DNA of 64,000 nucleotides from Cohaesibacteraceae bacterium (GTDB taxonomy: Bacteria > Pseudomonadota > Alphaproteobacteria > Rhizobiales > MH13): the NCBI GenBank assembly GCA_050043025.1, contig JBHJIX010000086.1, forward strand, positions 12,323 to 76,322, written 5' to 3'. Of this stretch, positions 54,650 to 63,672 are shown piece after piece (the stretch's first letter is position 1; each line of letters opens with the position of its first letter). Under the pieces are notes generated by a model. That model worked only from the letters and a program-made list of their open reading frames with translations. It was not told the DNA's origin and made no database searches. The position numbers and the translations under genes are program-made.

Positions 54650-55192
54650 ATGGAAGATGCCGAGCCCACCTTGCCCGCGGGCATTGGGTTGCTGGACCGG
54701 GTGCTGACCTGGATCACTCTGATCCTGGGCGGTGCAGCCCTGGCATTCATGACAGTTTATTGCGCTGTGAATGCTGCGATCATGCGCAAGGCGCTCAACT
54801 CTCCCATCATTGGTGCAGAGGACATTCTGATCGTTGCGCTGGTCGCGATCGTCGCCCTTTCAATACCACTTGGGGCTAGGACTGGCGCTCATATCGAGAT
54901 CGACTTTCTGGAATCGCGCATGTCAGCGGCTTTTGCAAAATGGTCGATGATTGTCGTCAAGTGCGCCGGTTTCGTTCTTCTGGCGATCATGGCATGGCGG
55001 CTTTGGCACTCGGGCGGCAGCGCCGCAAGATTTGGCGAAACAACGCAGCTTCTGCTCATTCCTTATGGACCGTTCTACTATCTGCTCGCTGTCTCAGTAG
55101 CGAGCTATGCCGTGGTGCTTCTCCTCGACATCTGGCAGCTCTTGCGGTCTGGAAAAGTCGTGAGGCTCAAGATCGCAGGTAATGACCTGTGA
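54650..55192 (+). CDS. TRAP transporter small permease (DctQ family)
   Basis: 180 aa, four TM segments. Its stop overlaps the dctM start. Confidence 0.8.
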   Translation: MEDAEPTLPAGIGLLDRVLTWITLILGGAALAFMTVYCAVNAAIMRKALNSPIIGAEDILIVALVAIVALSIPLGARTGAHIEIDFLESRMSAAFAKWSMIVVKCAGFVLLAIMAWRLWHSGGSAARFGETTQLLLIPYGPFYYLLAVSVASYAVVLLLDIWQLLRSGKVVRLKIAGNDL

Positions 55193-56550
55193 TCAGCATG
55201 ACGCTTCTTGGTGTTCTGGGGATGTTGTCCCTGTTCGTGCTGCTTGCGCTGCGCATGCCGGTCGCCCTTTCTATGCTGGGTGTTGGGTTCGTCGGTACGA
55301 TCATCGCAAACGCAAACCGGCTGATTTTCACTGGTATGGAATCGGATATGGCATGGGCAAGGGGCCTGCGCATCGCCTATTCCAATCTCTCCGGTGAGGC
55401 CTTTGAGGCGGCTTCCAACTACAATCTCCTCGTTGTTCCAATGTTCATCCTGATGGGTTCGCTTGCCGGCGTGTCGGGTATGTCAAAAGACCTGTTCACC
55501 GCTGCCTACCGTTGGATGGGACACCTGAAGGGCGGGCTTGCTTCCGCCAACATCGCAGCCTGTGCGGGGTTTGCAGCACTGTCGGGTTCATCGCTGGCCA
55601 GTGCGGTTACCATGGGGCGCGTCGCTTTGCCGGAAATGAAGCGTTACGGCTATGGCGACAGCCTAGCCACCGGATCAGTGGCAGCCGGGGGCACGCTTGG
55701 CTTCCTGATCCCTCCGTCGGCCGGCATGATCATCTATGCCGTCTTGACCGAGCAGAGCATTTTTCGCCTTTTCATGGCCGGGGTTTTTCCAGGTATCATC
55801 CTGACTATCCTGTTTATTATCGCGATCAACCTGGTGGTGATGCGTAATCCGCAATCAGGGCCGCCAGGCGAACGATCAGGTTGGCCAGAACGTTTGGAAG
55901 CGCTTGGCAGCGCTGGCCCGATTCTAGGTGTGGTGCTTATCACGATCGGCGGCATGTACACTGGATTCTTCACGCCGGTTGAGGCCTCCTCTGTGGGTGC
56001 GTTGCTCACCGTCCTCGTTGCTTTGTGGCGACGCTCGCTGACCTGGTCGACGCTTAAGTCGGTGATCCTCCAGACAATGAATGCGCCTGCTACGATCTTC
56101 CTGATCATCATTGCAGCCTTCGTCTTCATTCCGTTCATCGCGCTGACAGGCTTGCCCGCGCAGCTTGTAACGCTGTTGACGTCGCTCACCATCGGCGAAA
56201 TTGGCATCCTGGTGATCATCATCCTGATCTACATTCTCTTGGGCATGTTTCTAGAGACCATCGCGATGTTGGTCCTAACCATTCCGGTCGTGATTCCGAT
56301 TGCCGTGGCATTGGAATGGGATCTGATCTGGTTCGGGATCATCGTGGTCATCGCGCTGGAGAAAGGACTGATCTCGCCGCCAGTGGGCATGAACGTGTTC
56401 ATCGTGAAATCTATCGCGCCCCAGGTGCCAATGGGGACAATTTTCCGGGGCATATGGCCGTTCTGGTTTTCCATGTCGTTGATGATCGTTTTGCTCGTGA
56501 TCTTCCCACAGATCGCGCTCTATCTGCCTGAAACGCTCGCCAACCGATAG
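55189..56550 (+). CDS. TRAP transporter large permease (DctM family)
   Basis: 453-aa polytopic protein with a DctM-like pattern (GFAALSGSSLASAVTMG..., LIPPSAGMIIY). Confidence 0.85.
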   Translation: MISMTLLGVLGMLSLFVLLALRMPVALSMLGVGFVGTIIANANRLIFTGMESDMAWARGLRIAYSNLSGEAFEAASNYNLLVVPMFILMGSLAGVSGMSKDLFTAAYRWMGHLKGGLASANIAACAGFAALSGSSLASAVTMGRVALPEMKRYGYGDSLATGSVAAGGTLGFLIPPSAGMIIYAVLTEQSIFRLFMAGVFPGIILTILFIIAINLVVMRNPQSGPPGERSGWPERLEALGSAGPILGVVLITIGGMYTGFFTPVEASSVGALLTVLVALWRRSLTWSTLKSVILQTMNAPATIFLIIIAAFVFIPFIALTGLPAQLVTLLTSLTIGEIGILVIIILIYILLGMFLETIAMLVLTIPVVIPIAVALEWDLIWFGIIVVIALEKGLISPPVGMNVFIVKSIAPQVPMGTIFRGIWPFWFSMSLMIVLLVIFPQIALYLPETLANR

Positions 56551-56641
56551 CGAGCAAGGGTGTGGCGACGGCACCTATGAGCAATCAAGTGGGCCAGAAC
56601 GCGCGTTTGGGACCGGTAAGGCGAAAGACACGGAGACATGT

Positions 56642-58093
56642 ATGGGAATGCTCGAGCTACTGATCGCCGGCGAGGATGTGGAAGCCAAGGGCGGGCGCAC
56701 CTTCTCGCGTGAGAATCCGCTGACCGGCGAAACGGCGACTGTCGCGGCCGCTGCCTCGGTCGATGATGCATTGCGGGCTGCCGATGCTGCTGCAGCCGCC
56801 TTTCCCGGCTGGTCAGCGACGGGCCCGGGCGAACGTCGCACCTTGATGAACGCAGCGGCTGATGCGCTTTTGGCGCGTGCGGACGACATTGTAGCCGCGA
56901 TGGCCGATGAGATCGGCGCAACCAAGCCTTGGGCGATGTTCAACATCAAGCTTGCTGCCGACATGCTGCGCGAAGCAGGCGCGATGACGACCGCGATTAA
57001 GGGCGAAATCATCCCCTCAAACCGACCAGGCAGCATGGCAATGGCGATGCGTCAGCCGGTGGGTGTGGTGCTGGGCATAGCGCCTTGGAATGCGCCCGTT
57101 ATTCTAGGTGTGCGGGCGATTGCCATGCCGCTTGCCTGCGGCAACACTGTTGTGCTGAAGACCTCGGAGATCTGCCCGCGCACGCACCGTCTGATCGTCG
57201 AGGCGATCCAGAGCGCAGGCTTTCCCGCTGGCGTGCTCAATGCTGTGTCCAACGACCCCGCCGACGCAGCGCTGATCGTCGAGGCGCTCATCGGTCACGC
57301 CGCCGTCCGCCGGGTCAACTTCACCGGCTCCACCCGTGTTGGGCGGATCATCGCCCAGTCGGCAGCCAAGCACCTCAAACCTGCGCTTCTGGAACTGGGC
57401 GGCAAAGCCCCCCTGATCATTCTGGACGACGCCGACATTGAGGCAGCGGTCGCAGCGGCGGCGTTCGGCGCTTACATGAACCAAGGCCAGATCTGCATGT
57501 CGACCGAGCGGATCATCGTTCAGGAGCCCATCGCTGATATTTTCGTCGAAGCCTTGGCGGCAAAGGTCCGCAAGCTGAAGGCCGGCGATCCCCGCGAGGC
57601 CGCCGCCCCCCTTGGCTGTGTAGTTGATGCGTCCGCTGCTCAACGCATTGAGGGGCTAATCGCTGACGCTGTCGACAAGGGCGCAGACCTGATCGCGGGC
57701 GGCGTGGTCGATGGTGTACTGGTCGCCGCAACACTTTTGGACAATGTGATGCCGACGATGCGGATCTACAAAGAAGAGAGCTTTGGGCCAACGGCGGCGA
57801 TTGTCCGGGTCGGATCGATCGATGAGGCAGTTCGCGTCGCCAACGACACCGAATATGGGCTGTCCGCGAGCGTGTTCGGCGGCAACGTCATGCGCGCGCT
57901 AGGCGTCGCGCGGCGGATCGAATCAGGCATCTGCCACGTCAACGGTCCCACCGTTCATGATGAAGCGCAGATGCCCTTTGGCGGGGTGAAAGCGTCAGGC
58001 TATGGCCGCTTTGGTGGAACCGCTGGAATTGAGGAGTTCACCGAGCTACGCTGGATCACGATCCAGGAAGGCATACCGCATTATCCGATTTAG
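56642..58093 (+). CDS. NAD(P)-dependent aldehyde dehydrogenase (aromatic/benz- or vanillin-aldehyde dehydrogenase-like)
   Basis: APWNAP, ELGGKAP, NQGQICMSTER (catalytic Cys), EESFGP. The substrate is inferred only from similarity to aromatic ALDHs and from context. Confidence 0.85.
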   Translation: MGMLELLIAGEDVEAKGGRTFSRENPLTGETATVAAAASVDDALRAADAAAAAFPGWSATGPGERRTLMNAAADALLARADDIVAAMADEIGATKPWAMFNIKLAADMLREAGAMTTAIKGEIIPSNRPGSMAMAMRQPVGVVLGIAPWNAPVILGVRAIAMPLACGNTVVLKTSEICPRTHRLIVEAIQSAGFPAGVLNAVSNDPADAALIVEALIGHAAVRRVNFTGSTRVGRIIAQSAAKHLKPALLELGGKAPLIILDDADIEAAVAAAAFGAYMNQGQICMSTERIIVQEPIADIFVEALAAKVRKLKAGDPREAAAPLGCVVDASAAQRIEGLIADAVDKGADLIAGGVVDGVLVAATLLDNVMPTMRIYKEESFGPTAAIVRVGSIDEAVRVANDTEYGLSASVFGGNVMRALGVARRIESGICHVNGPTVHDEAQMPFGGVKASGYGRFGGTAGIEEFTELRWITIQEGIPHYPI

Positions 58094-58298
58094 GGAACGT
58101 GCAGCTGCTGCTTGATCTACTATCAAACACGGTGAGACCCAGACTGTGGATGGAGTTCTTTTATCGGCATCTACGCTGAGAAATGGCCGGAAGTCTGAGG
58201 GTTGGCCACCTGGTTCGCTCCGATGACCTCAATGCGAACTTCAACGAGCGTACATAAGACGCAGAACATCGCTAATTCGATGAAGTCATTGCATAAAA

Positions 58299-58391
58299 TG
58301 GCGGGCACGGAGGGATTCGAACCCTCGATACGGCTCAACACCGCATACTCCCTAAGCAGGGTAGCGCCTTCAGCCACTCGGCCACGTGCCC
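58299..58391 (-). tRNA. tRNA-Ser (anticodon GCU) with long variable arm; atypical anticodon arm
   Basis: Reverse complement: GGGCACG-TG-GCCGAGTGGCTGAAGGC-G-CTACC-CTGCTTA-GGGAG-TATGCGGTGTTGAGCCGTATC-GAGGGTTCGAATCCCTC-CGTGCCC-G-CCA. It folds as a class II tRNA with a 7-bp acceptor stem and a GTTCGAATC T-loop. The anticodon GCT is at 58355-58357. Confidence 0.85.
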
Positions 58392-58476
58392 GTTCCCGTC
58401 GCTTGTTAGACGGGAACGGTACTTTGTCAACATGGCCCGTTCGCCCCTGTGGGCAATGTGGCCATGGCATTGTTCG

Positions 58477-58668
58477 TTAGTTGCCGCCGCAACGCTTTAC
58501 GATGGCGTTGTAGTAGTAGAACTCGGCGCTATCAGGTGTGCAACGGTTACGCATTTCACGCGCATACTGCATTTCAGTCAGGCGCTCGGCTTCTTGCCGC
58601 ATGCGCTGACGATTGTAGCTTTCAATGGCGCGCTCAACCGTCTGAGTAAAGGCCTTGATCATTGGCAT
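58477..58668 (-). CDS. hypothetical small protein (63 aa)
   Basis: AGGAA lies upstream of the ATG at 58666-58668. MPMIKAFTQTVERAIESYNRQRMRQEAERLTEMQYAREMRNRCTPDSAEFYYYNAIVKRCGGN. No family recognised. Confidence 0.4.
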   Translation of the reverse strand: MPMIKAFTQTVERAIESYNRQRMRQEAERLTEMQYAREMRNRCTPDSAEFYYYNAIVKRCGGN

Positions 58669-58898
58669 TGGAGAATTCCTATTGGTTCGTGTCGTCGGGG
58701 GAGACACGATCCAATTAGACCCTTCATTGCCACTTGTGCAGATCGCAAAAAACAGGCCAGCCATGCAATTTGTGCAGAGCAGCATTCACCGCTCATTAAC
58801 GGATGCGTTGCCGGGCAACATCCCACATGGACTCAGCGCGTGATCTGACAATTTCCTGTCGGCACGCGCTGGGTCTGTCGGCCTGAAATTCCGGTCAG

Positions 58899-59171
58899 CT
58901 AGGCTTGCGCGGCCAGAAAACCACGAGCAAGCTGTAAGGCCTGTGCAAGCTGCGAAGCTGACAGTTCAGCTGCAATCTCTTCGCGATAGCGCTTGGCGGC
59001 TTCCTTACCTTTGGCAGCGGCAAGGTTGAACCATTTGTGCGCCGCAACAAGGTCAACCGTTACGGAGCGGCCGGTCGCATACATCATGCCGAGGTCGAAA
59101 AAAACATCCCCATTGGCAATTCGCTGGCCAACATAGCCGGCCTCGAAATCATTCAGTGCAAGACGTGCCAT
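58899..59171 (-). CDS. Sel1-like repeat (TPR-related) small protein
   Basis: GGAGG lies 6 nt upstream of the ATG at 59169-59171. G..FFDLGMMYATGRSVTVDLVAAHKWFNLAAAKG matches the Sel1 repeat pattern. Confidence 0.65.
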   Translation of the reverse strand: MARLALNDFEAGYVGQRIANGDVFFDLGMMYATGRSVTVDLVAAHKWFNLAAAKGKEAAKRYREEIAAELSASQLAQALQLARGFLAAQA

Positions 59172-59350
59172 TGGTGCCTCCCCTGGCGTTTGGCTTTTTC
59201 GGGTCCCCACGACCCTTGCGTCACGCATCACTATGCAGAGGAGGATTGAAGCAGCAGCTAAAAACTTCGATTAATTGAATGCAAATGCGGTATTCATTCT
59301 CTCGTAAGGAGAATTGATGCGGTAACCATATGCGGTAGGTGAATCAGGGG

Positions 59351-59384
59351 TTGGTAAAGGCAGGCATCTTACTGCCTTTACCAA
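59351..59384 (-). terminator. 13-bp perfect hairpin downstream of the peroxiredoxin gene
   Basis: ttggtaaaggcag-gcatctta-ctgcctttaccaa. There is no clear U-run on the minus strand, so terminator function is tentative. Confidence 0.4.
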
Positions 59385-59399
59385 TTGGCGCGCCGCCCT

Positions 59400-59894
59400 T
59401 TACTTGTCATCAAGCATGGCAAGAAGAGCCTCGGCGGAAGACGCACCGGCTTCGCCCGGCGATTCCTCCACCGCCAGCTTCGTCACAACACCGTCCTGGA
59501 TGACCGCGACGTAGCGCAGCGATCGCACACCAAGCCCCGCATCTGTGAGGTCGAGCACCATATCGGCCGCCTTTGTGAAGGTGGCGCTTCCGTCGGCAAG
59601 AAACAGAACGGCGTCACCAGCGTTGCTGGAGTCTTTCCAAGCCGTCATGACGAAGGGGTCGTTGACGGCGACCACCGCAATTGTATCCACACCTTTGGCC
59701 TTGATGGCGTCGGCATGACCAACGAAGCCGGGCAGATGTTGGTTGCTGCACGTGCCGGTAAACGCACCAGGCACGGCAAAAAGCACAACAGTCTTGCCGC
59801 CGAACAGAGCGGATTTCTCCATCGCCTCAGGCCCTGAGGGCGTAACGGCGGTAAGCGGAACATCGGGAATGGATTGACCGACGGTAAGCGGCAT
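59400..59894 (-). CDS. peroxiredoxin (Prx5-like, AhpC/TSA family)
   Basis: VLFAVPGAFTGTCS peroxidatic Cys context. 164 aa. Confidence 0.85.
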   Translation of the reverse strand: MPLTVGQSIPDVPLTAVTPSGPEAMEKSALFGGKTVVLFAVPGAFTGTCSNQHLPGFVGHADAIKAKGVDTIAVVAVNDPFVMTAWKDSSNAGDAVLFLADGSATFTKAADMVLDLTDAGLGVRSLRYVAVIQDGVVTKLAVEESPGEAGASSAEALLAMLDDK

Positions 59895-60014
59895 AAAGAG
59901 TCTCCTTGATGGAACTGAACTGGCCGGGGAAACAGCCGTGGCTGATATGGCGCGCCATCCCTCTGCCAGCCAGTGGTAAAGGGTCAGAATCGCCAGCTAT
60001 GGAATCGTTTTCGC

Positions 60015-60875
60015 CTACTGACCACTCGATGTCGGTGGCGTAGCACCAAGATCGTAGCTTTGGATGGACCTTCCGGGCTCGATGACATGCAGCCAGATCG
60101 CCGGCTGGTGAAACGGCCAGTTGCTCTGTATCGCTTGCCGTAGGGTTCCACCATCATTGCGACCCTGCTCTGACGCCACCATGACGTGTTGGCCCTCTGC
60201 CCCTTCAAGCACATAGATTGCGTCCTGAATGGCCGTACCAACCACGCTGTCAAACGGGCCACCATCCTCCGGCAGTTGCGCGGCAAGCGCGGCGAGCAGT
60301 GATAGCGGGGGAGAAACGCCGGTGTTGTCCCCGGCGCCGACACTGAATTGGGCGGTTTCGGGAATGCAAAGATCTGCACACAGGCCGAAAGACAGTGACA
60401 GATCCAGGCGCAGGGGCGCGCTGGCATCAATTCGGCGGACGACAATTGGCCAAACGGTCATGGCGTCGTAGCCGATCGAACTGCCGTCCGCTTCCTCAAA
60501 CAGGACCGGGGCAGGATAGTGCACGGTCAGATCGCCAACGTTTGCGCTGTTCGTCCAGTTCCATGTTGGCGCCAACCCAAAACGGCCAGGCAAACGCCAA
60601 TACGTCTTCCAGCCAGGCGAAAGATCCACTGTCAGAAGGAAAAGGCGCTCATCCTCATCGAGCGCTATGGCGGGCCCAACCAAGCTCACAGCAAGAGGGG
60701 TGGCCTCAACGAGGCTCAACACTGCGCCTTCAAAACGGGCTTCATGGTTTGCCTCAGCGCGCGCCGCGCCGGTACTGCCAGCAAAGTGCAGCATCGCCAC
60801 CGACCCGACCACTAGAGTGCGAAAACCTGGCCGCCATCGCTTTGCGATACATCTCAGCGCTATTTTGATCAGCAC
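60015..60875 (-). CDS. DsbD N-terminal-domain-like (thiol:disulfide interchange, c-type cytochrome biogenesis DsbD_N family) periplasmic protein
   Basis: Signal-like N-terminus. GWKTYWR..G..G and L..GLCADLCIPE motifs are typical of this domain family as I recall it. Confidence 0.6.
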   Translation of the reverse strand: MLIKIALRCIAKRWRPGFRTLVVGSVAMLHFAGSTGAARAEANHEARFEGAVLSLVEATPLAVSLVGPAIALDEDERLFLLTVDLSPGWKTYWRLPGRFGLAPTWNWTNSANVGDLTVHYPAPVLFEEADGSSIGYDAMTVWPIVVRRIDASAPLRLDLSLSFGLCADLCIPETAQFSVGAGDNTGVSPPLSLLAALAAQLPEDGGPFDSVVGTAIQDAIYVLEGAEGQHVMVASEQGRNDGGTLRQAIQSNWPFHQPAIWLHVIEPGRSIQSYDLGATPPTSSGQ

Positions 60876-60916
60876 TTTGTCTTGACCCTGCCTGCCAGTC
60901 CAATAACGGTTGCGCC

Positions 60917-61495
60917 ATGGACGTCTTCCCCAGCCTTGCCGGCCAAGTTCTCATTGCCATGCCGTCGATTGGCGATGCGCGCTTCGAGCGCACCGGCATC
61001 TATTTGTGTGTTCATGATGCCGACGGTGCAATGGGCTTGATAGTCAATCGTCCAGATCCTGAACGCACGGTGGCCAAGGTGCTCGATGAACTGGGCATGG
61101 CGGCCGATGACGAAGCGGGTGCTGAGCGGCTTTCCTCCCGCGTGCTTGTCGGCGGACCGGTGGAGAAGACGCGTGGCTTCGTTTTGCACACAACGGACGA
61201 TGCCGAGCGTGAAGGAACAGTGGCCGTCAGCGATAATATCTACCTCACAACGACGCTGGACGTTTTGCGCGATCTAAGCGCCGGCCGTGGGCCGGAACAC
61301 TTCCTATTGGCGCTTGGGTTCGCCAACTGGGACGCCGGTCAGCTTGACCAGGAAATCCTGCAAAATGCTTGGCTTCCAAGCCCCGTGGACTCTGAAGGCC
61401 TGTTCGAAACGCCGCCGGAACTGCATTACGCCGCCAGCCTGACGAGGCTGGGCGTGGACCTGCACCAGCTGTCGCCCGTTGCCGGACGCGGCTAG
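60917..61495 (+). CDS. YqgE/AlgH family protein (UPF0301)
   Basis: GQVLIAMPSIGDARFERTGIYLCVHDADGAMGLIVNRP...GGPVE...GFANWDAGQLDQEI. Confidence 0.85.
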   Translation: MDVFPSLAGQVLIAMPSIGDARFERTGIYLCVHDADGAMGLIVNRPDPERTVAKVLDELGMAADDEAGAERLSSRVLVGGPVEKTRGFVLHTTDDAEREGTVAVSDNIYLTTTLDVLRDLSAGRGPEHFLLALGFANWDAGQLDQEILQNAWLPSPVDSEGLFETPPELHYAASLTRLGVDLHQLSPVAGRG

Positions 61496-61518
61496 GCGAA
61501 GTCCACGCCGATCGAAGC

Positions 61519-62214
61519 CTAACGCGCGCGCTGGTTAAACAGCGTCTTCTTGTCCTCATCGGACATAGGCTTGCGCCACTCAGATCCGACATCAAACGCC
61601 TTCTGAACAGCGGTGCGCGCCATTAGACGATCAATCCATCCTCCGACATTTGGGAACTCAGCAATATCCATTCCCTGCTTCTCCCAGCCACGGGCCCAAC
61701 CGAGGCAGGCCATGTCGGCAATCGTATAGTCGCCGGTGATGAATTGCTGGCCTTCCAACTGCTTGTTGAGAACGCCATAGAGACGGTGAGTCTCATCTGT
61801 GTAGCGCTTCATCGCGTAGGGAAGCTTTTCAGGAGCGTACTGATTGAAGTGGTGGTTCTGACCAAGCATGGGACCGAAGCCGCCCATCTGCCACATCAGC
61901 CACTCCTCTACCTTCACCCTCGCGCGTTCGTCCGTCGGATAGAATTGGTCAAACTTACGACCCAGATATTGCAGGATCGCGCCTGACTCAAAGATGGAGA
62001 TTGGCTCACCGCCCGGACCTTCTGGGTCAGTGATCGCCGGCATGCGGTTGTTGGGCGCAATGGCCAAAAACTCGGGCTTGAACTGGTCGCCAGCACCGAT
62101 GTTGATCGGGTGAACATTGTAGGGAATGCCCACCTCTTCGAAAAACATGGTGACCTTGAACCCATTTGGCGTTGGCCAAAAGAAAAGGTCGATGGGCTGG
62201 GTTTGCTGCGTCAT
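61519..62214 (-). CDS. glutathione S-transferase, Nu-class (YfcG/YghU-like)
   Basis: IDLFFWPTPNGFKV...NPNNRMPAI-like (APNNRMPAITD), ESGAILQYL, MWQMGGFGPM. Confidence 0.8.
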   Translation of the reverse strand: MTQQTQPIDLFFWPTPNGFKVTMFFEEVGIPYNVHPINIGAGDQFKPEFLAIAPNNRMPAITDPEGPGGEPISIFESGAILQYLGRKFDQFYPTDERARVKVEEWLMWQMGGFGPMLGQNHHFNQYAPEKLPYAMKRYTDETHRLYGVLNKQLEGQQFITGDYTIADMACLGWARGWEKQGMDIAEFPNVGGWIDRLMARTAVQKAFDVGSEWRKPMSDEDKKTLFNQRAR

Positions 62215-62451
62215 GAAAGAATGACCCTTCAAAGCTTGTCATAGATGGGAAGGACCAGAGCAGAACGCGCCTGGTCGGGATGGGATCAACATAGGGCATT
62301 GCAGATCAATTCGAACACCCGGTGAGAAAGTTTGCTCACGCAGTCGTGACTGAGACTTCGAAGCCAAAAGGCAACCGGCGAGTGCGCCGTAACCATTTGA
62401 TGACCCTTTGCAAAGAGAATTTGGGCGTTTGCAACGGTCTCTGAACCCAGG

Positions 62452-63171
62452 TTGACCTCACCCATGGAGCTTGGTGGTTTCTCCCCAGCCCAATTTGCGC
62501 TTCGCTCGCCAGTTGCCCCGCCAACTGGTGGGAAGGCGCTCGCCGGTACAGGTGGCGGCCAAGGTGGCAGTGGCGCCAACGCTCAAGGCCAAAAGCCAGG
62601 CCAACCAGGCGCCACGACCGCTACCGGCGAGCCGCTAACCACGGAACAGCAAAACCAGGTCCGCGACCTGAAAAAACGTGACCAGGAAGTGCGCGCTCAC
62701 GAGCAAGCACATGCCGCCGTTGGTGGGTCTTACGCCAGTGCGCCAAAATACACCTACACCCAAGGGCCCGACGGCAAGAAGTATGCGGTCGGCGGCGAGG
62801 TACAGATCGATACCTCTCCTGAACGCACGCCTGAGGCAACCATCAGAAAGATGGACATCGTCATCGCGGCGGCGCTTGCGCCGGCTGAGCCCTCTTCTCA
62901 GGATCAGGCCGTTGCCCGCCAGGCGCAGCAACAACGTGCCCAAGCACAAACCGAACTGCAGGACCAAAGCGCAGCCAAGCGCCAGGAACAATCTGGCCAG
63001 ATTGGCGAGAGAGACGAAGAGAGCGACAACGCTTTGCCGAGCGATCTATTAGCGCAAATCGTCAGCCAGGCGAGCGGACAACAAACCGGTAGCTTATCAG
63101 GTTCTGCACAGTCGGCTGCCAACGCCTATAGCAGCGCTGCCGCGCTTGCCGGTCAGCTATTTGGTGGCTAG
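62452..63171 (+). CDS. SprA-related family putative metalloprotease (HExxH)
   Basis: VRDLKKRDQEVRAHEQAHAAVGGSYASAPKYTYTQGPDGKKYAVGGEVQIDTS matches the SprA-related (CJM1_0395-like) pattern as I recall it. The ATG at 62464 is an alternative start. Confidence 0.65.
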   Translation: MTSPMELGGFSPAQFALRSPVAPPTGGKALAGTGGGQGGSGANAQGQKPGQPGATTATGEPLTTEQQNQVRDLKKRDQEVRAHEQAHAAVGGSYASAPKYTYTQGPDGKKYAVGGEVQIDTSPERTPEATIRKMDIVIAAALAPAEPSSQDQAVARQAQQQRAQAQTELQDQSAAKRQEQSGQIGERDEESDNALPSDLLAQIVSQASGQQTGSLSGSAQSAANAYSSAAALAGQLFGG

Positions 63172-63653
63172 CTGGGCTCTTGCAGCGTCGCCACTGAAAA
63201 CAGCACGCTGAACTGCTCGCACCAGATGACCACCGAGCCAAAGCGGCCAACATTCACATCATCGGGGATGGTGTAGGTCTGGTCGCCAATATTGCCCTTC
63301 AACTGGCCAAGCGACACCCATTGACTATTAAGAACCGCGCCGGATGAGAACGGAGTCGGGTCTTCGACGAGCCAGACTTCCAGATCGGGTCCATTGGTGA
63401 CCTCAAAATCCGTGAAACGCATCAAATGCGCGCCCGTCGCGCTCTGCAACAGCTGAGCCAGACCCTCGCCTTGATGTGCTCGATCCGCATCCTGAAAGGT
63501 GCCTGCGCTCAGAACGCTCACCATCAGCTCGTCCGGCAAGGCTTCTGAGACAACCTGATCGATCCATAAGGGTGAGAAAAGGTACCAGAAAGCGTTGCCG
63601 GCAACGAAACCGATCACCAACGCTGGAATGGAGTAGAGCAAAAATCGCCGCAT
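63168..63653 (-). CDS. DM13 domain-containing protein
   Basis: One N-terminal TM segment, then GTFQDADRAHQGEG...FEVTNGPDLEVWL...GNIGDQTYTIP...VVIWCEQFSVLF, typical of DM13. Start at the Met at 63653. Confidence 0.7.
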   Translation of the reverse strand: MRRFLLYSIPALVIGFVAGNAFWYLFSPLWIDQVVSEALPDELMVSVLSAGTFQDADRAHQGEGLAQLLQSATGAHLMRFTDFEVTNGPDLEVWLVEDPTPFSSGAVLNSQWVSLGQLKGNIGDQTYTIPDDVNVGRFGSVVIWCEQFSVLFSVATLQEPS

Positions 63654-63672
63654 GACGGGTCCCCTCGCCTGT

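Noticed and set aside
58299-58391. Possibility that the odd tRNA is an amber or ochre suppressor explaining the in-frame TAGs.
   Set aside because: With the only stem register that pairs (CTACC/GGGAG), the anticodon is GCU (Ser, AGY). Registers that would place TTA or CTA at positions 34-36 destroy the stem and U33.
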